Source of the DNA: a virus
IMG/VR virus record: IMGVR_UViG_3300037086_000458
Coordinates: 1 to 64,000 of that record
Direction: 5' to 3' (one strand)
DNA: 64,000 bases
Part shown: piece by piece, positions 17,664-27,032 of the stretch
Position numbering within the stretch: the first letter of the stretch is position 1
Layout of the letters: each line of letters starts with the position of its first letter
The notes under the pieces: generated by a model
What the model was told of the DNA's origin: nothing
Database searches by the model: none
What the model saw: only the letters and a program-made list of their open reading frames with translations
Translations under genes and position numbers: made by a program

Positions 17664-18092
17664 TTAATTATATTCAAAAACGAATCTATAGTTAGCAGTA
17701 CCAGCACCAACTATTGAGTTAGATCCTATGTTAAGATCAAGCCATATGTATTCTGGATGTATTGGGTCTAAAGATAATCCATAATCACTTGTAGTAAAAT
17801 CACTGACACCAGGATCTGTTATAAAATAATCTGAAATCCTAGGGTCCCCAGGATAGATTCCTGTTATTGCATCAGATGCTTTGGCACAACCAAACATAGC
17901 GTGGTTAAAACCACCATTATTCTCAAGAAAAATGGAAAGGGCCGACATATCCCCAACAATAATTGGTTTTATTACTGCGGTATGTTGACAATAACTGCCT
18001 TTTATGATGGTCCCAAAATTAAGTCCCGTGATATCAGAGGACAATAAACTCATATCAAACGGGTTATAGGCTTCTACTCTTGTGATTGACAT
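17664..18092 (-). CDS. Hypothetical (likely virion) protein, paralogue of 18108-18530
   Basis: Shared DITG..FG.I, NNGG, YIWLD, NYRFVFEYN. Confidence 0.75.
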   Translation of the reverse strand: MSITRVEAYNPFDMSLLSSDITGLNFGTIIKGSYCQHTAVIKPIIVGDMSALSIFLENNGGFNHAMFGCAKASDAITGIYPGDPRISDYFITDPGVSDFTTSDYGLSLDPIHPEYIWLDLNIGSNSIVGAGTANYRFVFEYN

Positions 18093-18107
18093 AATATTTT
18101 TCCTTTC

Positions 18108-18530
18108 TTAATTGTACTCAAAAACAAATCTATAGTTCACATTATTCGTTGAGCCTGTTTCAGTTAAACCTACCTGTACGTCTAGCCAAATGTAATCACA
18201 AGGATTGCCTGATACTCCATAAGGGCCGGTGGCATCGCTTACTAAAATAAAGTGATCTGATATTATTGGTCCTGATGCTCCAGGGATGTCTGATTCTACT
18301 CCGGTAATAAGATCGGAGGATACCATATATCCAAATTGTGACTGGGAATACCCGCCGTTGTTCTGCAGATATAACAAAATTCCGGTGAATAGATCTTCAT
18401 TAGTCTTAAAAGGCTGAATAAGAACTGGAGATGCGCAATGCTCCCCTTGATGGATATTGCCAAAATCAATACCTGTTATATCTTCAGAAATTAAATTACC
18501 AGTTTGAGGACTGTATGCTCTAATTTGCAT
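18108..18530 (-). CDS. Hypothetical (likely virion) protein, paralogue of 17664-18092
   Basis: Same shared motifs. Confidence 0.75.
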   Translation of the reverse strand: MQIRAYSPQTGNLISEDITGIDFGNIHQGEHCASPVLIQPFKTNEDLFTGILLYLQNNGGYSQSQFGYMVSSDLITGVESDIPGASGPIISDHFILVSDATGPYGVSGNPCDYIWLDVQVGLTETGSTNNVNYRFVFEYN

Positions 18531-18603
18531 TAAAAACCTGTGGTTAAGATTTATTTAATGAAATTATTATTAATAAAGTATTATCGGGACCGCTAATTAA
18601 AAA

Positions 18604-19704
18604 CTACAAATCCTTTTCAAGGATTTCTTTTATGAATAGGGCCCGGTGGGTGTAAGTATGGTTTTCTGAGATTTTTTTGTAGGCATTAAAAGCCATTGTT
18701 TCTCTTTTACGTTTACCCTCACCTATAAGATAATACTCAGCTGCTTTAGCTAAAGAGGGCCCATCTGAGAAGAACCCAACTTCTTTATCCGTGAAAATTT
18801 CATGAGCTTCTGCTCGGGTGTCATCAAGAAGCATGAATCCTTGGCATAAAGGCACCTCATAGGCCCTAGGATTTAAGCTTTCGGCTTGGGTAGGTATCTT
18901 GTAGGGGTTCTTATAAGAGTTGTTCCTGGCATTCCATTTGGGATCCCTGTGGATGTTTATAACTATCTTGGCCCCGTTATAATAACTTATGGTCTCTGCA
19001 TGAGGTACAGTCCTTGCATCAAACACATATTTCCAAAGAGGGGATTTTCTGGACATATACATCATATGACCACATATTTTGAAATTAAGCTTATATTTTT
19101 CTACGACAGGGATTAAATGTTCTAATAATTTTGCTCGGTTAGGGTATAAAGCCCCCAAAAAGAGGATATCACTATGATATTTTTTAGAGAGTTTGTTTAT
19201 TGGAAGCTTTCCGCATTCAAAAGTGCATGCAGCAGTAGGACAGTAATAAGTGTTTTTTAAATTTTCATTATTTCCTATGACACGTTCATTGGAGAAGTAA
19301 TAGTCTATGGAGTCTAAATTGTCCAAAAGGGGTTTACTTGTATGGGGGTCTTCGGTGGCGACTACTACATTTTTTATGTGATAGAGATTTTTATATATAA
19401 AAGATGGGATATTTAAACCACCAATGAACATTACGTGGGTAAAATTGTTGTCTTTAATCAGGGCGGTTGAGTGTGCTATATGGTAGCACATTTTTTCAGA
19501 TAGGACTTCTCTGAACTGGTGGTAGGGGAACCCTTCATAAGCGACCCCTAAGCTCTTAAAAGCTCTTTGATATCCATAATAAACATCTGTAAGAGCAAAA
19601 GAGGCTGTATCAGCTACCAGAAGTATCTTTAATTTTGGATCTTTGTTGTCTTTATGAGAGAAAACCCCAGGCTTTGTATTGATAGCTGAATTGAGTTTTA
19701 ACAT
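18604..19704 (-). CDS. Glycosyltransferase (CgeB/YkvP-like GT-B)
   Basis: DILFLGALYPNR, Y..AKIVINIHR, LNPRAYEV..C.GF, HTYTHRA. Confidence 0.85.
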   Translation of the reverse strand: MLKLNSAINTKPGVFSHKDNKDPKLKILLVADTASFALTDVYYGYQRAFKSLGVAYEGFPYHQFREVLSEKMCYHIAHSTALIKDNNFTHVMFIGGLNIPSFIYKNLYHIKNVVVATEDPHTSKPLLDNLDSIDYYFSNERVIGNNENLKNTYYCPTAACTFECGKLPINKLSKKYHSDILFLGALYPNRAKLLEHLIPVVEKYKLNFKICGHMMYMSRKSPLWKYVFDARTVPHAETISYYNGAKIVINIHRDPKWNARNNSYKNPYKIPTQAESLNPRAYEVPLCQGFMLLDDTRAEAHEIFTDKEVGFFSDGPSLAKAAEYYLIGEGKRKRETMAFNAYKKISENHTYTHRALFIKEILEKDL

Positions 19705-19901
19705 ATATAAATTGATTTTGTATGCTGGAGTAGATCCACTTCGAGGTTGTTTAAAGTCAGTACTTTATCCTGTACACTGAGACTTTGGTCTCTGTTTAAT
19801 ACAGAATTTTCAGAGCTACAGACTTGTGGAGTATCTGTAGGTGAGTTCTGGAACTTTACTTTAAACTTCTGCATAAGATTTCTCTTAAGCCCTCTAATCA
19901 A
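19698..19901 (-). CDS. Small hypothetical protein
   Basis: Fills the gap; GAGGG SD before the internal ATG (MQKFKV). Confidence 0.4.
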   Translation of the reverse strand: MIRGLKRNLMQKFKVKFQNSPTDTPQVCSSENSVLNRDQSLSVQDKVLTLNNLEVDLLQHTKSIYIC

Positions 19902-19923
19902 CTCTTACGTTGAATCTCACGAT

Positions 19924-20319
19924 TCAAGCCACGTTATTCTGTGGTAGCTGACGTACAGAAGTTCTCAATATTCCGGTTTCTTCCTCTACGGAATAAACCT
20001 GTATTATCTTATCTTTATTAAATCCTATATTCCTTGCAAGTACTTTTACTTTTCTATCTTTTAAATCAAATATCCCTGTCTGTGTAAAGAACCAATCTTC
20101 AGGTTTAATATGGGGATAATCGTTTTTATCTATTTTAATTATACTTTTACCTTGCCATAATAATTCAAGTGCCACTAATTCATTCTTATCAATCTCGGAC
20201 CAATTAGTGGCACATTTTTTTTGTAATTTGTTACTATAATAATTTTCTCTTTCTTTGGCTATGCTTCCATTAGCATAGTGAGCAATGAGCCCTGTGAAGT
20301 TAGGTTCTTTTTGGAGCAT
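19924..20319 (-). CDS. Hypothetical protein
   Basis: 131-aa ORF. Confidence 0.7.
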   Translation of the reverse strand: MLQKEPNFTGLIAHYANGSIAKERENYYSNKLQKKCATNWSEIDKNELVALELLWQGKSIIKIDKNDYPHIKPEDWFFTQTGIFDLKDRKVKVLARNIGFNKDKIIQVYSVEEETGILRTSVRQLPQNNVA

Positions 20320-20638
20320 GTATTTTTTTCGGTTTGAAAGGTTTCGCTACAGAGTGTGTTGGCTTCTTAGGTTTAATTATTTTTAATTTAGGTATTTTAG
20401 GTTTTAATGTTCTTCTCTGAGACAGCCATTTTGGTTTTTGTCTTTTATATAATTTTCTTGTACTTAAAAATGGTTTGTTTTTTACTAGATATCTTTTTCT
20501 TCTTAGTAATATTTTCCTTTTATTTTTTCTATAGTATGTTCTTCTCTTGAGCTTCTCGCCAGGTTTTCTTCTTTTAAGTTTTTTAAACAGTCTTCTTTTA
20601 TAGCTAAGAATAACTCGAAATACTTTTTCTTCTACCAT
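20300..20638 (-). CDS. Highly basic Lys/Arg-rich protein (possible nucleic-acid-condensing protein)
   Basis: Very high K/R content; AAGGA SD. Confidence 0.6.
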   Translation of the reverse strand: MVEEKVFRVILSYKRRLFKKLKRRKPGEKLKRRTYYRKNKRKILLRRKRYLVKNKPFLSTRKLYKRQKPKWLSQRRTLKPKIPKLKIIKPKKPTHSVAKPFKPKKIHAPKRT

Positions 20639-20654
20639 TGGTTTTCCTTTTTAT

Positions 20655-20979
20655 GATCCCCATGAGAGAAAACCACGGGCCTTGTGCCCGTGGATGAATC
20701 GAATCATTAAATTACTTGATATTCTTAATCACTTCTATTATATTTAAAATCGGATTTAAGGTCTCATCAAAGCTGAAAATGCTGGATGAAAATAAAAACT
20801 TTAAATCTAACTTTGTTCCTTGCTTCAACTTTAATTAGTTGATTCGGAGCACTTAAATTTCTGTTAAAAACTCAGACTAGGGATGTAGTCTGTTGAGCGA
20901 CCACCGCTTCGCCATAAGGCGTATGCGTTGGTAAGGGCTCATGGAAGCCACGCCCCTTGTGGGCGTGTGGAGCATTCAC
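20655..20979 (+). mobile_element. Non-autonomous IS605-type element (TnpB-like right-end RNA, no protein gene)
   Basis: Left end after TTAT with hairpin CCACGGGCCTTGTGCCCGTGG; right end GAAGCCACGCCCCTTGTGGGCGTGTGGAGCATTCAC; internal promoter TTGATA-N17-TATATT (20716-20744). Confidence 0.8.
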
Positions 20980-21064
20980 ATAGTACACCTCATTAGATAT
21001 TATATAAAAAGGTTATTAAAAAAGCATTTTCTCCGGCCATACTTATTCAGAAGGTAGGGGACAT

Positions 21065-21280
21065 TTAATCTTTTTTAAAAAAAGTAACTGTTGCACAATC
21101 ACAATAAATACTTTTTACGGTGTTCAAATAATCTTCTTGTGCTGGTTTTAAATAGAGCCCACGGATAAGAACCTTCTTAAGTCCGTCTTCAGATGGGATT
21201 TCCTCAGCTGAAATATATTTATCTATGACAAGATTATCGTGTACAGATTGGCTTAATTTACTTACGGATTCGTTATCCAT
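21065..21280 (-). CDS. Hypothetical protein
   Basis: 71-aa ORF. Confidence 0.55.
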   Translation of the reverse strand: MDNESVSKLSQSVHDNLVIDKYISAEEIPSEDGLKKVLIRGLYLKPAQEDYLNTVKSIYCDCATVTFFKKD

Positions 21281-21311
21281 AGAATTTAGCTTTCTTTAAA
21301 GTACTTAAATA

Positions 21312-21623
21312 TTATTTATTAAAAGCGTCATATTTGGAAAGTTGTTTCACAAGAATTCTATGCGTGACTTTGGCCATTTTAATAGCATCAATAAGTTCTT
21401 CCTTAGTCCAATCGCGGTGAGGGCATCCTACTTCATGGAACCAGTCCGTAGGGTGGAACCGGCAACAAAAAGTAACTTTTTCTTTTAGCTCGTCCATTTT
21501 TTTATCGGATAACTTATCAAGGCTGTCCGGAAAACCATCATCCACTACAATATACTGAAGGCTATCTGTGGAAGTAAGTTGTGCCATGGTGTCCTTCAAA
21601 TCTGTGTCATCTTTTAAATTCAT
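21312..21623 (-). CDS. Hypothetical protein
   Basis: 103 aa; CCRFHP..WFHEVGCPH motif. Confidence 0.65.
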   Translation of the reverse strand: MNLKDDTDLKDTMAQLTSTDSLQYIVVDDGFPDSLDKLSDKKMDELKEKVTFCCRFHPTDWFHEVGCPHRDWTKEELIDAIKMAKVTHRILVKQLSKYDAFNK

Positions 21624-21626
21624 ATA

Positions 21627-22313
21627 TTAGACCTCTCTGTCCAAAGGAGCTATTATTTCTTTTTGAGGATCAACATAATCGTCTACCTGTTTTAAGTGGG
21701 GGACTATCCAGCCTTGTTGTTGGAACCACTGTAATTGATCATCGCACCCCATCCCATTTGTATTTACCCAAGTGGTTGGAATTGGAACAGGATTTAATTT
21801 TAATCTTGGTAATGCTTTAACTAAAAAGGCAAAATATTCTAAGAGGAATGTACCAAACATAGCACATACAGGTCTTTTAGGATCAGTAGGTTTGTTTTCA
21901 AGGTCACGTATAAGGTTATCAATCCCATAAGTGTAGCCCATTTTATCTTGACCGTGTAACCAAGCAGCAACTTTATCTTGCAACATAGGGTATTTTATAA
22001 GGGCTGGCCAAATGGCCACGGCTGAAATATATTTAACCTCATCTGAACCTAATTCTTGTTCATAGTAATACCTACCCTGATCATCTGCAGGCCAAGACAT
22101 CCCTCGTGATTCAATGAGACCGTTGTCTTTGATTAGCACAATATCTGTGTGCGAAGGTACATCTTTTATAGTACAACCAAGCAGCCCACGCCAGAAGCCT
22201 GCTTTGCGATCAATCTCTCCAAAGGAAACAAGATCTGATATTATACTCGCTGAATCTTTCCATAGACAAAAGGCCCCTGTGCATAAAACTGAAGTATCAA
22301 GTACTGATTTCAT
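21627..22313 (-). CDS. Possible permuted papain-like (NlpC/P60 YiiX-type) protein
   Basis: PSH before Y.Y and a late VCA motif (His-before-Cys order). Confidence 0.4.
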   Translation of the reverse strand: MKSVLDTSVLCTGAFCLWKDSASIISDLVSFGEIDRKAGFWRGLLGCTIKDVPSHTDIVLIKDNGLIESRGMSWPADDQGRYYYEQELGSDEVKYISAVAIWPALIKYPMLQDKVAAWLHGQDKMGYTYGIDNLIRDLENKPTDPKRPVCAMFGTFLLEYFAFLVKALPRLKLNPVPIPTTWVNTNGMGCDDQLQWFQQQGWIVPHLKQVDDYVDPQKEIIAPLDREV

Positions 22314-22315
22314 TT

Positions 22316-22972
22316 TTATTCCTTTTGGTTTATTGGATTCAAAGGTTCTGGCACTATTTTATTAGCTGCTGCATGATCTTTTTGGAATTTCCACAATCTG
22401 TATTCAGGGCTTTGGTTTAATTCTCTTTCTATCTGCTCATACTCTAAAAGAAGACTTTTAGATTTTTCTAAGTTTGGTCTTCTTTTAAGAAGAACTGATT
22501 TTATAGCTTCAAGTCTTTTTAATGGCTTTATAACTTTTTTATATCTCTTTGTTGCCCCTAAAAGCGATGAAGAATTTTTTAAACCATGACATTTTTTACA
22601 CTGATATATTTGTTCTTTGTCTTTATAGTTATTAGGTAAATAAAGCTTTAAGCAAATTTTTTTACATTGAGGGCACAAGACATACCATCTATACCCTCCT
22701 AAATAATTCTTCCTATATGAATATTCAAAAGTTTGTCCATTAAGGTTAAATTTTTTGAGACTCCTCTGGATCATTGCATGGACTAGCTCTTCATTCGCTT
22801 CTATGTCTCTATTTTTAATTTGTGAGGGTAATATCGTGGGCCAAAGATCTATCATTTCCTCAGGAGTTAAAGTATTTAATTTCTCCTTCATCTCTTTTTT
22901 TATTCTCAGACATAATTCTGAAAAACAAAAATACGTAGCAGATTCTGAAGGGATATATTTTGTTTTATTCAT
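22316..22972 (-). CDS. Hypothetical Zn-ribbon protein
   Basis: GGYRWYVLCPQC...LY...CKKCHGL. Confidence 0.7.
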   Translation of the reverse strand: MNKTKYIPSESATYFCFSELCLRIKKEMKEKLNTLTPEEMIDLWPTILPSQIKNRDIEANEELVHAMIQRSLKKFNLNGQTFEYSYRKNYLGGYRWYVLCPQCKKICLKLYLPNNYKDKEQIYQCKKCHGLKNSSSLLGATKRYKKVIKPLKRLEAIKSVLLKRRPNLEKSKSLLLEYEQIERELNQSPEYRLWKFQKDHAAANKIVPEPLNPINQKE

Positions 22973-23049
22973 ATTTACTTGAAATATTATTTATTCTTAT
23001 AAGTATCTTGCATATATTTAATGAAAAATTATGCATAGGATATTACAAA

Positions 23050-23520
23050 TTATCTATCATCCATCAGTCTTTTTTGATCTTTAACAGTAATTTTTATAAT
23101 GCTCTCAAGAAAATTTATAGCTATAACTATTATTTTTACAAAAATAGATGGATTCTTTTTAGCATCATCAAGAGATTTGTCGAGGATCCATTCCAAACAA
23201 TTTAATTCCGGGTATTTTTTATTTCTTAATGTAGGATTTTTAAGTTCATTATTGAATTCATCCTCGATATCTTTTTTTGAAAATTTGTAAACGAAGGCAT
23301 TACAACCATCTGGATTATTACACACATCTAAACCATTATTAAGATTTTTATTATATAAGCATACGTATAATTTTAAATGCTTGCTTCCATCTATGATTTC
23401 TAACTCCTTCCCATAAAAGCAATTTTTAGCCAACTTTTTTTTAGCATCTTGTAATTTATCAAACAATATTTTTCTCTTTAATTGCCTGTATCTGCGATAT
23501 ATTACGCCTGGACTTTTCAT
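23050..23520 (-). CDS. Hypothetical protein
   Basis: 156-aa ORF, ATGA overlap with the upstream gene. Confidence 0.7.
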   Translation of the reverse strand: MKSPGVIYRRYRQLKRKILFDKLQDAKKKLAKNCFYGKELEIIDGSKHLKLYVCLYNKNLNNGLDVCNNPDGCNAFVYKFSKKDIEDEFNNELKNPTLRNKKYPELNCLEWILDKSLDDAKKNPSIFVKIIVIAINFLESIIKITVKDQKRLMDDR

Positions 23521-24038
23521 TTTTTTTCTTCTTTACTTTTTTCATAATAAAAAAAGTTTTCATTTAAGAAATGTACACTGTCAGCATAGTCGCAAAGTTT
23601 CTTATTAAAACTAAGGCCTGGCAGCGACCATATCTCAACAGTTTTATTATTGGTCTTTAAGTGATCGCATAAATCAATGAAATCCCCGTCACCGCTCATA
23701 AGCACCCATTTATCAAATTCATCTATACGCTTCATACAATCTACGCATATAGACATATCCTGATCAGTACCTTTATAAAATTTTTTACCATCAGATCTTG
23801 TTACTACAGTAGCTATTTTAGAAGACAGTGTATACCCAAGGGATTTTAATAGGTTCTCAAAATTATATCCTTTTGATGAGGGCTCATTACTTCGAGCAGT
23901 GTAAGCTACCATGTCTACGATCGTTTCATCTTTTCTACTGTAGAAATGTTCCTTGATTTTATTGAAATCTATTTTTTTCCCTATGTTTTTTGCTGAAAGA
24001 AATAAATTCTGCACATCAAGTTGTATAAAAGTTCTCAT
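23517..24038 (-). CDS. NYN (LabA/DUF88, PIN-like) domain protein
   Basis: LDVQNL, KGTD..M, VLMSGDGDF, L...AD. Confidence 0.88.
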   Translation of the reverse strand: MRTFIQLDVQNLFLSAKNIGKKIDFNKIKEHFYSRKDETIVDMVAYTARSNEPSSKGYNFENLLKSLGYTLSSKIATVVTRSDGKKFYKGTDQDMSICVDCMKRIDEFDKWVLMSGDGDFIDLCDHLKTNNKTVEIWSLPGLSFNKKLCDYADSVHFLNENFFYYEKSKEEKK

Positions 24039-24646
24039 TTTGCTTTTTCAATCTCCAGACTATTGTTTTTGGATGTATACCTGAAGGAGTTCTCTGTCCT
24101 GTCAGAAAATCCAAGATTGTGTGTTACTAATAAGGCATCCAATTTTAATTTCTTGGATAGGTGATCCATCAGTTTTCCGACATTTTCTATGTACTCGGAA
24201 TCTACGGCGTCAAATGTTTCATCCATAAGTAACAAACGTGCTTTTTTCATTTTTATAATACAGATCATTCGTAAAAGCAGGCTCTCTATCACTGATACAC
24301 TACTTCTGGAGCTTGGATCTACTGTTTCTCCATTATAAATAGTTTGAAGATTTATCTTTATTTTACTACCTCTTTCTTCAATATCTGATTTAAAAGAAAG
24401 ATTTTTATCCGGGAAAACCGTATTTAATCCGTATGTGATAAGCATATCCATTTTACTCAGGTCTTCTTTGACTAATTTATCTATAAGATATTTCAAAGCT
24501 TTTTCTGTTTTTATAAGTAATAGCTCTCTCTTCTCAAGATTTCTAACAGTATCTTGGAGATTTTTTTTAATCTCTTTTTTATTCTGGCAAACTCCATCTA
24601 AATAGAGAAGCCTTGCTTTAACATTGTCAAAAAATTCGAAATCCAT
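24035..24646 (-). CDS. SbcC/Rad50-like ATPase, C-terminal half
   Basis: Coiled coil followed by Walker B LLMDE, D-loop AVD, H-loop VTHN. Confidence 0.8.
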   Translation of the reverse strand: MDFEFFDNVKARLLYLDGVCQNKKEIKKNLQDTVRNLEKRELLLIKTEKALKYLIDKLVKEDLSKMDMLITYGLNTVFPDKNLSFKSDIEERGSKIKINLQTIYNGETVDPSSRSSVSVIESLLLRMICIIKMKKARLLLMDETFDAVDSEYIENVGKLMDHLSKKLKLDALLVTHNLGFSDRTENSFRYTSKNNSLEIEKAK

Positions 24647-24933
24647 TATATTTTTTTCTCTTTATTGATTTTTTGAAGTTTTCTACCACAATGAGGACAG
24701 TATTTAAAACCAACTTCAATGAAACCTTCACGGATATGCGGTCGATCACACTCATTACATATTATTACTTTTGAGTTACTTTCTTTTAATTGGGCCTCAA
24801 TTAATAACTTTGAGTCCCTTTCTTTTAATAGTTTCCAAAATTGTTTGCATCGTTTGTCATTTGGTTGGACTTTGAGACTGCAAATAAAACCTATTAAACA
24901 ATTATTGCATTTTACGGATAAAAGATTAGACAT
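24646..24933 (-). CDS. Hypothetical Zn-ribbon protein
   Basis: CNEC...FKYCPHCGRKL. Confidence 0.6.
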   Translation of the reverse strand: MSNLLSVKCNNCLIGFICSLKVQPNDKRCKQFWKLLKERDSKLLIEAQLKESNSKVIICNECDRPHIREGFIEVGFKYCPHCGRKLQKINKEKKI

Positions 24934-24999
24934 ATAAATCCTTAATATAGGTATTAATATTTTATTTTTTAAAAATGCTGTGTCTCGCTGTTAAATTAT

Positions 25000-25302
25000 T
25001 TATTTTACTTTCAATTTGTCAACTCGAGAATCGGTATAACTATTACATTTCTTCTCCAATACAGGCAAATCACAATTTAACAGATCACCTCTACATTTTG
25101 CAAGGTCATCTGCCGCATTTTTAGACTCATAGCTAATTTGCAGCGAGACTTCATTGAACCTTTGCCAGACATTCATTAGCTGATCTGTATGTCCTTTAAC
25201 AGTCTTCCTCAACTTAAGCACTATCACTACCAAAGCAACAATAACAATTATCACCGCAGCAGTAATAACACCTAAACTGAATGAAGTTACTTCAATATTC
25301 AT
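25000..25302 (-). CDS. Hypothetical membrane protein
   Basis: GGAGG SD before MNIEV; one hydrophobic helix. Confidence 0.6.
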   Translation of the reverse strand: MNIEVTSFSLGVITAAVIIVIVALVVIVLKLRKTVKGHTDQLMNVWQRFNEVSLQISYESKNAADDLAKCRGDLLNCDLPVLEKKCNSYTDSRVDKLKVK

Positions 25303-25331
25303 AACGCCTCCGATTTGCGAGGCACAGCATT

Positions 25332-25583
25332 TCAAGCATGGTGAAGTTTTCCAGCTATAATAGCAACAAACTTATCTCGCACTTCGGAACACTGCGTACG
25401 AGTTAGATAATTATTACGAATCAAGTGATTGAGTTGGTCATCAACAACCTGACAAATCTGCGATAGCTCGGTAGTCTCAGTATCTACTTCAGCTATGGAT
25501 TCCTCGATGCATAGATCACATTTTTCAACAGTTGTGTGATGGACTATACCGTGCTTTTTACATCGTTTAAAATTTATTGGCAT
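25332..25583 (-). CDS. Hypothetical protein
   Basis: CKKHG...CDLC. Confidence 0.55.
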   Translation of the reverse strand: MPINFKRCKKHGIVHHTTVEKCDLCIEESIAEVDTETTELSQICQVVDDQLNHLIRNNYLTRTQCSEVRDKFVAIIAGKLHHA

Positions 25584-25594
25584 TTTAAATCATC

Positions 25595-26761
25595 TTAATT
25601 TGATTTTTGGCGTATCTTTGAATAGGCCCCTACACCTACTGTCATATATTTTATATCTTTTTTTTCTTCTTTTACTGATTCAATAACTTTAAAGAAAGAT
25701 CCCGATGTGTTAATATAAATGTTTATGCTATCAGTTATAAAAGAAGAAATTTCTGTAATAAATAATTTATAATCCAATATGTGTTTTATTTCTTCTGTTG
25801 AGTCATCGTTGACCCTTTTACAGTTAATTCTTTCTTTTGCTTTTAAATTAGATAGCAGAGCTATATCTAAAAAGGAATTATCCCCAGCCCCAGATAATAC
25901 TATTTCTATACCCGCTCCTATCATGGTTGCTCTTGTGGACCCCAACCTATTAAGCTTTTTTACTAACTCGATACGATTTATCTCTGTAAAAGGTCCGTCT
26001 TTCTTAAGATAACTGAGATCCATCTTGGGGGCTTCAACAGCCGATTTTAGACAACTAAAATAGGTGCTAAGATTATCAGTGCGTATAACCACATCATTAT
26101 CTGATTCCCCTAGGATTAAAGTATCTTCGGGTATTTTTTCTAAAACTGATATAAAAAGTGGGGTTGCATTTTTTCTTATTTTTATATTATTTATGCCTCT
26201 GAAATTAGGAGCAACAAAATACCCCATTTTATTTAATCCGTTTGCAGAAAAAATAACGCCATTGTTTATAATTACAAAGTCAAATTTTTTATTTTCTTCA
26301 TTGGCGGCTTCAAGATATTTTACAGAGAATTTTAAGGATGCTAATAAAACCTCTCTGCTAATTGTGTGCGTGATATTAAGAGCTTTATCAACATTACTTA
26401 CGGTAAGCATTTTATCTGGCGGGAACGATTGTAATGTATTAAAAGACTGCTCATCCACTGTAGTGAATACCTTTAAAGTAAGGTTACTCTGATCAAACTC
26501 CATTTTAACGGTATCACTATCAATCTTCGTTAAAAGCTTATCCAACATCTTAGGATCGGCTGTAAAGGAGCATTCTGTGTCACACTCAATTACAGGGATA
26601 ACACTCTGGGCTTTTAGGTCATTGTTAGTCCCTGAAATTTTCATTTCAGTTTTTGTTACTTTAAAAAGTAAATGCCCTCTTTCAACTTGTATTACAGCTT
26701 TAGAAAGAGCTTTAGAAGATATGGCTATAGCTTCTTTTAATTTATCCTTGGATATTTTCAT
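25595..26761 (-). CDS. dnaN: DNA polymerase III beta-like sliding clamp
   Basis: 388 aa; N-terminus MKISKDKLKEAI...GTNN; three-domain repeat pattern (ISREVL..SL, INRIELVKKL); clamp-loader genes in the same window. Confidence 0.65.
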   Translation of the reverse strand: MKISKDKLKEAIAISSKALSKAVIQVERGHLLFKVTKTEMKISGTNNDLKAQSVIPVIECDTECSFTADPKMLDKLLTKIDSDTVKMEFDQSNLTLKVFTTVDEQSFNTLQSFPPDKMLTVSNVDKALNITHTISREVLLASLKFSVKYLEAANEENKKFDFVIINNGVIFSANGLNKMGYFVAPNFRGINNIKIRKNATPLFISVLEKIPEDTLILGESDNDVVIRTDNLSTYFSCLKSAVEAPKMDLSYLKKDGPFTEINRIELVKKLNRLGSTRATMIGAGIEIVLSGAGDNSFLDIALLSNLKAKERINCKRVNDDSTEEIKHILDYKLFITEISSFITDSINIYINTSGSFFKVIESVKEEKKDIKYMTVGVGAYSKIRQKSN

Positions 26762-26764
26762 GCC

Positions 26765-27031
26765 TTAACCCTCTTCGATAACGGATAATTTTTTTGAGAC
26801 ATCTTGAAGTCCAGATTCAAAGAGAGCCAGCTCTTCTTTAAGCTCAGTTTCTTTCTTTTGGATAACTGATTTTAAATCTTTTGGCTCATATCCGGCATCT
26901 TTGATTTCCTTAATAAGATTCTTTAACTCTGCTTCTTTGCTTTTGCACTGTTCTTCCAGGCGAATTTTTTTAGTTTTTAATTCGTCTTGAGTCTTCTTAA
27001 GCTCTACAAATTTTTGAGTTTCCGTATCCAT
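26765..27031 (-). CDS. Small coiled-coil protein
   Basis: Heptad-rich, 88 aa. Confidence 0.7.
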   Translation of the reverse strand: MDTETQKFVELKKTQDELKTKKIRLEEQCKSKEAELKNLIKEIKDAGYEPKDLKSVIQKKETELKEELALFESGLQDVSKKLSVIEEG

Positions 27032-27032
27032 A

